Source of the DNA: a virus
Lineage: Duplodnaviria; Caudoviricetes
DNA: 53,782 bases
IMG/VR virus record: IMGVR_UViG_3300034375_007338
Span: 1-53,782 of that record
Direction: 5' to 3' (one strand)
Positions 48,381-53,782 of this stretch are shown piece by piece. How positions within the stretch are numbered: position 1 is the first letter of the stretch; every line of letters starts with the position of its first letter. The notes under the pieces were generated by a model. The model did no database searches. It was not told where the DNA came from and saw nothing but the letters and a program-made list of their open reading frames with translations. The translations under genes and the position numbers were made by a program.

Positions 48381-49828
48381 GTCTGTTTGAAGATGTCGGT
48401 GTGTTCGGACGGTTCGTCAGACCCGAAGAATGCTCCCATGTCTAGGCTCTGCGAGCCGAGGATGTCACCTTCTTCAGAGAACGCCATGATGAGGGCGTCG
48501 GCGCGGTCGGGACTCTTCTTGAATCCTCGGTCGCGGTACTTCTTCTTGGACTCGACCTCGATCCTGTCCTGGACGTAGGTGAACTCGCGCGTGACCAACT
48601 GCTGGTGCAGGACCGGATCGTCAGGGATGTGGACCGTGCTGTGTTTCATGCGGTGCCGCAGGTTGAACCACGCCGCGCTCAGGTGGTTGCGGTAGCCCTC
48701 GACCGGGCTCTTGCGTGCGGGGTGGAACTCGCACAGGTTCAGGCCCATCTCCAGGTAGTCGTAGGCCAGAGCCTGTCCCATGCCGACGCTGTCGATCACG
48801 AACACAACGGTGGACGGGTCCCAGCCCATCTCCAGGGCCAATTCGCGGCTCCGAGCCGCAGCCACGTTTGGGTCACAGATCGTGGCTTCCCAGTGGATGA
48901 TGGCGTTGCCTGACCGAACGTAGATGACGTTCTCGTCGCCCCCGAACCTCGCGAAGTCCACGGAGATGACGCGCAGCCCTGGCCCGAGCGCAATGGCCAA
49001 CCCCATAGGGTTGCCGACCGACTCCTCGATGAACCGCAGGGGCAGAACGGTCTTAGAGCCCTCTTGAGGAAACTCGCCCATCACGCCGACGAGCCACATG
49101 TCGCTGTCTTCCCCGAACTCCTTGCGGACCTGCTCGATGCGCTCGGGGTCTACGAGGTCGGGGCGCTCGCGCGACAGACTCAGCTTGTCGATCGTCAAGT
49201 TCCACGGCCAGTAGTCCTTCCGAGAGTGGAACATCTCGTAGGCCGTGCCTGAAGTGCGGTCGGGGTTGAAGATGGAGATGAACAGGTTATTCTTCTGCGA
49301 GCAGGTACGCAGCAGCGCCGCGATGATGTCCTCGCGGATACCTGTCAGCTCCTCGGCCATGATGGTCATGTCCGGGTGGTGTAGACCACGGATTGCGTTC
49401 TCGTCCGACGCGGTGGCAGCGAAGATCTTCCAGTGCGGATGATCTTTCATGGTCAACTTGGCCCCGCCCAGATTCACCATGTTGCCCAAGATCGGGCTAC
49501 GCGCGACGTGGTTGGAGATCTCGGCAAAGAACACCTCACGACATTGCCGCTCGGTCGGCGCGGTGTTGACGTGCAGCGAACCCGGTGAGCGCCACCAGCG
49601 CCACATCCCCCCGGCGCTCAACGAAGCAGTCTTGCCGACCCCAGTTCCGGCCTTGACCCCGATTTGCTTCGGCGTCTGGTTGGGGTTCAACGTCAGGTCT
49701 TGGATCGTCTGCAAGAAGTCCACCTGCTTGCCCGCCGGAGTGAACCGGATAACGTGCTCGCAGAAGTAGAAGATGTCGTCCTTGCTACGACGGACCATTT
49801 CTTGGAGCGGCTTATTAGTGCTTGCCAT
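48374..49828 (-). CDS. terL: Terminase large subunit
   Basis: Walker A AGTGVGKT, APTERQ, GLH, NP motif, GEFP; nuclease VDFARFGGD, IDSVGMG, SPDRADA. Confidence 0.93.
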   Translation of the reverse strand: MASTNKPLQEMVRRSKDDIFYFCEHVIRFTPAGKQVDFLQTIQDLTLNPNQTPKQIGVKAGTGVGKTASLSAGGMWRWWRSPGSLHVNTAPTERQCREVFFAEISNHVARSPILGNMVNLGGAKLTMKDHPHWKIFAATASDENAIRGLHHPDMTIMAEELTGIREDIIAALLRTCSQKNNLFISIFNPDRTSGTAYEMFHSRKDYWPWNLTIDKLSLSRERPDLVDPERIEQVRKEFGEDSDMWLVGVMGEFPQEGSKTVLPLRFIEESVGNPMGLAIALGPGLRVISVDFARFGGDENVIYVRSGNAIIHWEATICDPNVAAARSRELALEMGWDPSTVVFVIDSVGMGQALAYDYLEMGLNLCEFHPARKSPVEGYRNHLSAAWFNLRHRMKHSTVHIPDDPVLHQQLVTREFTYVQDRIEVESKKKYRDRGFKKSPDRADALIMAFSEEGDILGSQSLDMGAFFGSDEPSEHTDIFKQTW

Positions 49829-50201
49829 GGGTTCTCAAATAGTCGGCAGCTGCTTGCAGGCGCTGCGGGTCATCCCGAAACTTGCCAAGCCCTAAGTTGC
49901 AGGAGCTGCACAACAGCCCGCGAACCTTCTTGGTGTAGTGGCAATGATCAACACTCAACCTATTGCGACGGCCTTCGTCCTCTGCACCTCGGCAGATGGC
50001 GCAAGCGCCGCCCTGCTTTCGAAAGATCTCAAGGTAGTCTTCGTAGAGCAGGCCATACTGCTTCCGCATATCGTTCTTCCAGTTGCAGCGTTTGCAACTG
50101 GACGACAGTCCGTCAAAGCTTTGAGCCCTTCTGTGATACTCCGAACGATCCAGTAGCTCCTCGCAGACGCTACACTTCTTTTTTCGTGTAGGGGAAGCCA
50201 T
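49815..50201 (-). CDS. Endonuclease VII-family nuclease
   Basis: CAIC..LSVDHCH..VRGLLCSSCNLGLG..DD. Confidence 0.92.
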   Translation of the reverse strand: MASPTRKKKCSVCEELLDRSEYHRRAQSFDGLSSSCKRCNWKNDMRKQYGLLYEDYLEIFRKQGGACAICRGAEDEGRRNRLSVDHCHYTKKVRGLLCSSCNLGLGKFRDDPQRLQAAADYLRTHGKH

Positions 50202-50364
50202 TGCCTCCGTAGTCCTTGTCGGGCTTGATGCCCCAGGCTTCGAACACTTGACGCTCTGTGGGGGTCAGAGCGACTTTTGACGGTTCGGGCGGGGCCGGGT
50301 TGCCTTTAGGTGTCGGGAGGTGATAGCCGGGCCGAGAGCCGGACATGGTGATTTCATCGCTCAT
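50170..50364 (-). CDS. Small Pro-rich hypothetical protein
   Basis: Fills the operon gap; contains GGAGG RBS for Endo VII. Confidence 0.6.
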   Translation of the reverse strand: MSDEITMSGSRPGYHLPTPKGNPAPPEPSKVALTPTERQVFEAWGIKPDKDYGGNGFPYTKKEV

Positions 50365-50572
50365 GACAGTTCAAGAACATTGTATTCCAAGTCTTGATTG
50401 CTTCCTTGATGGTGTTCTGCTTTGGACCTCGCGTGTCGCAGCACATCGACTCGCCGCAACGCACCTGAACCATTCGGCTTCGCTTCCCTATCCTCACTGA
50501 GCTGAGGGTTGCTCTGCACCCGCAATGAGGGCAATCCGCCAACGCTGGTTCATGTGATTTGCTTGGGTTCAT
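50354..50572 (-). CDS. Lar-like restriction alleviation Zn protein
   Basis: CPHCG..VRC...C...GP....EAIKTWN; ATG 50572 with GGAG-like upstream. Confidence 0.7.
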   Translation of the reverse strand: MNPSKSHEPALADCPHCGCRATLSSVRIGKRSRMVQVRCGESMCCDTRGPKQNTIKEAIKTWNTMFLNCHER

Positions 50573-51356
50573 CGTCGCCGCCTTGGGTGAGCAGTTCCAT
50601 GATTTGCCCTTCGAGCGACTCTGTCTTCTCCTCCTTGCCGAGACCATACATGCTGGCGATGTTCTTCGTGGCGTTGGCCTTGAGGCTCGGTCCAGCGTCA
50701 ACGTGTTGTGCGGCTGCGAGCATTTGAAGCTCTGCTTCGGCGCGAGCCTCTTCTTTGCTGCGCCGCATGGCCAAGGCCATGATGGCTTTCCACGAGTGGA
50801 TCAATTGGATGGCACCTCGGCGCGACTGGTTGCAGATGCGCGTCAGACTGGCGGCGGTCTGAAAGACGGTGCGGTGTTTTGCGTGCTGTGAGGCGACCCA
50901 TTCGACGCAGAGCATCTCAAGGTCATCCAGGAGCGTCAGAGACGGCCAAAGCTCCGTAGAGCGCACTAGGTCCCCGTAGGGGTAACCTTGGTCCTTGCAG
51001 GTCTGGCAGAGCATGGCGCGAATGCCTTCGCGCAACGCGGGCGTGCGCCACGCGAGAAGGTCCCTGAGGTCTGGGTCGTCCAGTAGCGCCCCGAGGGGTA
51101 GGTTCGCTGCTAGGTTAGCTCTGCGCCACGACCGGACCCACTCCGAAGCGGCTTGCCGGGCATCGCTCGGGCAATCAAACGCTGTGGCCACAGGCGGCGA
51201 AGAGTACATCCAGTGCCTGAGGCACAAATACACCACGAATCCCGCTTGCTCGGACTCGGAGGCCGAAGCCAAGTCTTCGATGCTAGTCAGCGGAGCCTCG
51301 CCCCCGCCCGGCAACGAGACCGGATACGGGGGCGGGTTTTCGGGTTCGAGGTTCAC
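50550..51356 (-). CDS. Hypothetical protein, candidate terminase small subunit
   Basis: GTG 51356 overlaps the upstream stop (GTGA); helical C-terminus (KANATKNIASMYGL) and position upstream of TerL. Confidence 0.5.
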   Translation of the reverse strand: MNLEPENPPPYPVSLPGGGEAPLTSIEDLASASESEQAGFVVYLCLRHWMYSSPPVATAFDCPSDARQAASEWVRSWRRANLAANLPLGALLDDPDLRDLLAWRTPALREGIRAMLCQTCKDQGYPYGDLVRSTELWPSLTLLDDLEMLCVEWVASQHAKHRTVFQTAASLTRICNQSRRGAIQLIHSWKAIMALAMRRSKEEARAEAELQMLAAAQHVDAGPSLKANATKNIASMYGLGKEEKTESLEGQIMELLTQGGDDEPKQIT

Positions 51357-51421
51357 TTGGGTTTCTTGCGCTTGCGCTTCCCGGTCGGGCTGACGGGGTA
51401 CTTGACGCGCTTCTTGGCCAC
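51353..51421 (-). CDS. 22-aa highly basic peptide MAKKRVKYPVSPTGKRKRKKPK, not in ORF track
   Basis: GAGG RBS, GTG start, stop overlaps the next start. Confidence 0.6.
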   Translation of the reverse strand: MAKKRVKYPVSPTGKRKRKKPK

Positions 51422-51426
51422 GGGGA

Positions 51427-51531
51427 TTACCTCTTCTTGGGCTTCTTCTTCCCACCCGCAGAGGGCGGCAGTTCCCGCTTCGCGGGCTTCTTCTTCATTC
51501 CCTTCTTTCCGTAACCGATTCCTTTGGGCAT
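51427..51531 (-). CDS. 34-aa highly basic peptide MPKGIGYGKKGMKKKPAKRELPPSAGGKKKPKKR, not in ORF track
   Basis: AGGAGG RBS upstream of ATG. Confidence 0.7.
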   Translation of the reverse strand: MPKGIGYGKKGMKKKPAKRELPPSAGGKKKPKKR

Positions 51532-51563
51532 GGCGAGTGTCCCTCCTAGTGGTTCAAAGCCGA

Positions 51564-51836
51564 CTACCATTTCGTGCGTGAGGCCCAAAAGGCCGCACTC
51601 ATCTTACCCTTAGCGATGTTCTTGGCGTGGCGAGCCTTGAACGATTTGCGACGTGCCTTGTCCTTGGCGGTCTTGGGGTTCTTACCCGCGCCTGAGACGC
51701 CCTGCTGTCCGAAGCGGATCAGCTTGACCTTGTCGCCCTCCTTGGCCAGGACCGCGTGCGACTTGGTCTTGTGTCCGGGCGTCCGCTTGGGCTTGTTGTA
51801 TCCCGAGAACTTTTCGCCGCCGCGTTCGACCGTCAT
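51564..51836 (-). CDS. Conserved basic phage protein (KLIRFGQQGV...ARH...SAAFW family)
   Basis: Motif pattern widespread in aquatic phages; ATGA coupling. Confidence 0.85.
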   Translation of the reverse strand: MTVERGGEKFSGYNKPKRTPGHKTKSHAVLAKEGDKVKLIRFGQQGVSGAGKNPKTAKDKARRKSFKARHAKNIAKGKMSAAFWASRTKW

Positions 51837-53071
51837 TGGATGCGCTCCCCGGTACGCCCGTCGAAGATGAGTTCGCCGCCGAGGCAGTCGATCTCGTGGT
51901 TGACTGCCTCTTGGTCTCCATCACCGTCAATGTCGAGCATGATCTTGAGGCGCACGCCGACCGACGCGCAGTTACGGAAGACGATGCGGCCCGTTTTGGT
52001 GCCGTTGAGCGCGCCGTAGTCCTTGTCGATCGTGATCCAGGGGTGTTGGTGGTCCCGCGCAATGAACGCGCAATCCTCGAACAGGACCTCGTCCACGGAG
52101 CGGATCGAAGCCAACGAGCGGTCACCTTTGGTAAAGTCGAAGAGGCAGTTCCTGAGCCGCACCTCCCGCATCATGCTCTGATTCACGAGCGGAAGGTTGC
52201 CTTGTGAAGGCGTCACAACCAAGCCCCCGGTGCTGCGCTTACCGTCTGACCGAGGCGTCGTCCACTCGCAGACGAAGCTGGAGTTTTCGATGTAGAGCTT
52301 GCCCGGAAACTGAGACGTGCCGGGGTCAAAGTAGGTCAGGTTGAAGCTCGGGCGCGTACCCTTGTAGCCACAGTCCACGAAGTGGCAGTCCGAGACCGCG
52401 TGGTACGGGGAGGCTTCGTATGGCATGTTGTCGCCCGAGTACTGCTGATAGGGCAGGGGGCGGTACGCCCATTGCGCTCCTTGAGACCCGACTCGGAGGA
52501 ACGTGCAGCCATCGAGCGTCGTGTTGCCGCTCGGAGAGACGTACAAGCCGTGCTCTTGGGTGATCTCCGTGAAGTCGCAGTCGATGAACGAACGGTCGGG
52601 AGCGTTGTACTCGCGGGTGCCCCACTTGAGCTGACGGGCGTCCAACCCTGACGCTACGCCGATGTTCTTCCAGGTGTAGCTACCGCCCCGGCGTACCAGT
52701 TGACCCTTGTGGAGGTTGCTCGACCACTGGTTGTAGCCCCTGGGGACAACCGAAGACAGGTCCGACCATACGAGGTCTTGACCCAGCTTCCAGTCGTTCG
52801 CGCGGATGTCACCCAGGGCCGCTACGTCCTCGCGAGGGGCTCGACTTTGCCGCAGTACCGGAAGACGCACCAGCTTGTTCGTCGTCGGGTCGGATCCGAT
52901 GCACGCAAGCGCGTTGAAGTCTCCAGGCTCCGGTCCAGGCTCCGGTCCAGGCTCCGGTCCAGGCTCCGGTCCAGGCTCCGGCGGTGATTGAAGGTATGCC
53001 TCGACACGCCCAAGTCGCGCCTCAAGCGCGTCCACTCGTGCCTTTGTCGGCACCTCTACGTTCTCTTGCAT
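51833..53071 (-). CDS. Beta-helix (pectin-lyase-like) protein with N-terminal coiled coil and (PEPG)n linker
   Basis: Repeated xxxDCxF / NCxF rungs, EHGLYVS. Confidence 0.7.
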   Translation of the reverse strand: MQENVEVPTKARVDALEARLGRVEAYLQSPPEPGPEPGPEPGPEPGPEPGDFNALACIGSDPTTNKLVRLPVLRQSRAPREDVAALGDIRANDWKLGQDLVWSDLSSVVPRGYNQWSSNLHKGQLVRRGGSYTWKNIGVASGLDARQLKWGTREYNAPDRSFIDCDFTEITQEHGLYVSPSGNTTLDGCTFLRVGSQGAQWAYRPLPYQQYSGDNMPYEASPYHAVSDCHFVDCGYKGTRPSFNLTYFDPGTSQFPGKLYIENSSFVCEWTTPRSDGKRSTGGLVVTPSQGNLPLVNQSMMREVRLRNCLFDFTKGDRSLASIRSVDEVLFEDCAFIARDHQHPWITIDKDYGALNGTKTGRIVFRNCASVGVRLKIMLDIDGDGDQEAVNHEIDCLGGELIFDGRTGERIQ

Positions 53072-53107
53072 AGGGGCCAGCCTACACCGCCTTGCAGACC
53101 TAAGAGG

Positions 53108-53242
53108 AAATTTTTGTGTGTGTGTGGGATCTCCCTTTTGTGCAGGGACTCCCCTTTGTGTAGGGACTCCCCTTTGTGTAGGGACTCCCCCTCTATTTTT
53201 GTGTGTGTGGTCCCGCTCTCCTTCTTTTTTGTGTGTGTGGGA
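53108..53242. repeat. 18-bp x3 tandem repeat (TTTGTGYAGGGACTCCCC) flanked by three TTTTT(GT)n boxes
   Basis: Units at 53137, 53155, 53173; boxes near 53111, 53196, 53226. Confidence 0.9.
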
Positions 53243-53483
53243 GGAGCGTCTAATACGGATGTTATCAAAAAATTAGCGTATCCGATAAGCTATTCGCTAA
53301 GGGATAGACCCGTCTAATGTATAGACTAGTCTATCCCTTATCTGTTAGCTACTCCGGTCCCTTATACCATAGGGGCATAAGCGCTGCAGCGATACCGACT
53401 ACGATAAACGCTATGCCGTAGACTATTAGCATAGTCAATTGAATGGCTTCCATCATTTCCGGAACGTCTCCTCAACGATGCGC

Positions 53484-53782
53484 CTACCCTTAGCTTGTTC
53501 GAGACGCTCAATAGTAATACTATCGGTCCCCCTAGCCAAACCACTAGTGCGACTAGTCCGCAACGGGTTAGGGTTCGGGACTAGTTGAGTGTCAAGAAGG
53601 TCTTCGTCCTGGTAGACGAGGTCCTTCGTGGTCTTCGTCCACCTGGAAGCTTGGGTCAGAACGGCATCGCGCTCATCCAGGATGAGATGGTCGGCAGCGT
53701 GAAGGAGCCCCAGGACGACGTGGAGGTCGTCCGCGCACTTGACGGCGTGCTCGTTATTCAGAACACGGATCAAGTCTACTGC
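53484..53782 (+). repeat. Terminal direct repeat, right copy
   Basis: Matches 1..299 with 11 substitutions. Confidence 0.97.

Noticed and set aside
52988-53317. ORFs 52988..53317 (+) and 53056..53268 (-)
   Set aside because: They are translations of the 18-bp and (GT)n repeats with no coding-like composition

Overview
The window looks like a complete, circularly closable dsDNA tailed phage genome (siphovirus-like; unit length about 53,483 bp, with 1..299 repeated at 53484..53782). It has five parts. (i) A repeat-rich, CTAG-rich control/early region (about 53070..4730 across the junction) with hairpin/palindrome arrays, a few monocistronic genes and a GP88-like gene. (ii) An early operon of small genes ending in a WYL/SH3-like protein and an XRE HTH. 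(iii) A replication module: AEP primase-SF3 helicase, Cas4-like PD-(D/E)XK nuclease, SNF2-type helicase, SSB, family A DNA polymerase and RuvC-like resolvase. (iv) A leftward portal / HK97 gp10-like / PAS-sensor operon, back-to-back with the rightward head-tail operon (XkdF-like protease-scaffold, decoration protein, lambda gpE-like capsid, tail tube, frameshifted chaperone, tape measure, RcGTA-like baseplate block, a 2050-aa six-module beta-helix protein, SGNH esterase). (v) A leftward packaging operon (beta-helix protein, tiny basic peptides, TerS candidate, Lar-like, Endo VII, TerL, Zn-ribbon). I saw no integrase, tRNA, CRISPR array, reverse transcriptase or recognisable endolysin. The most notable observations are a stand-alone membrane-anchored PAS sensor in the portal operon, the cassette-like six-module adhesin, an array of triloop DNA mini-hairpins with CCCCTAGGGG palindromes, and terminal repeats differing only at 11 synonymous sites, which reveal a gene spanning the junction. 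All protein calls come from motif recognition by eye; no database search was run.
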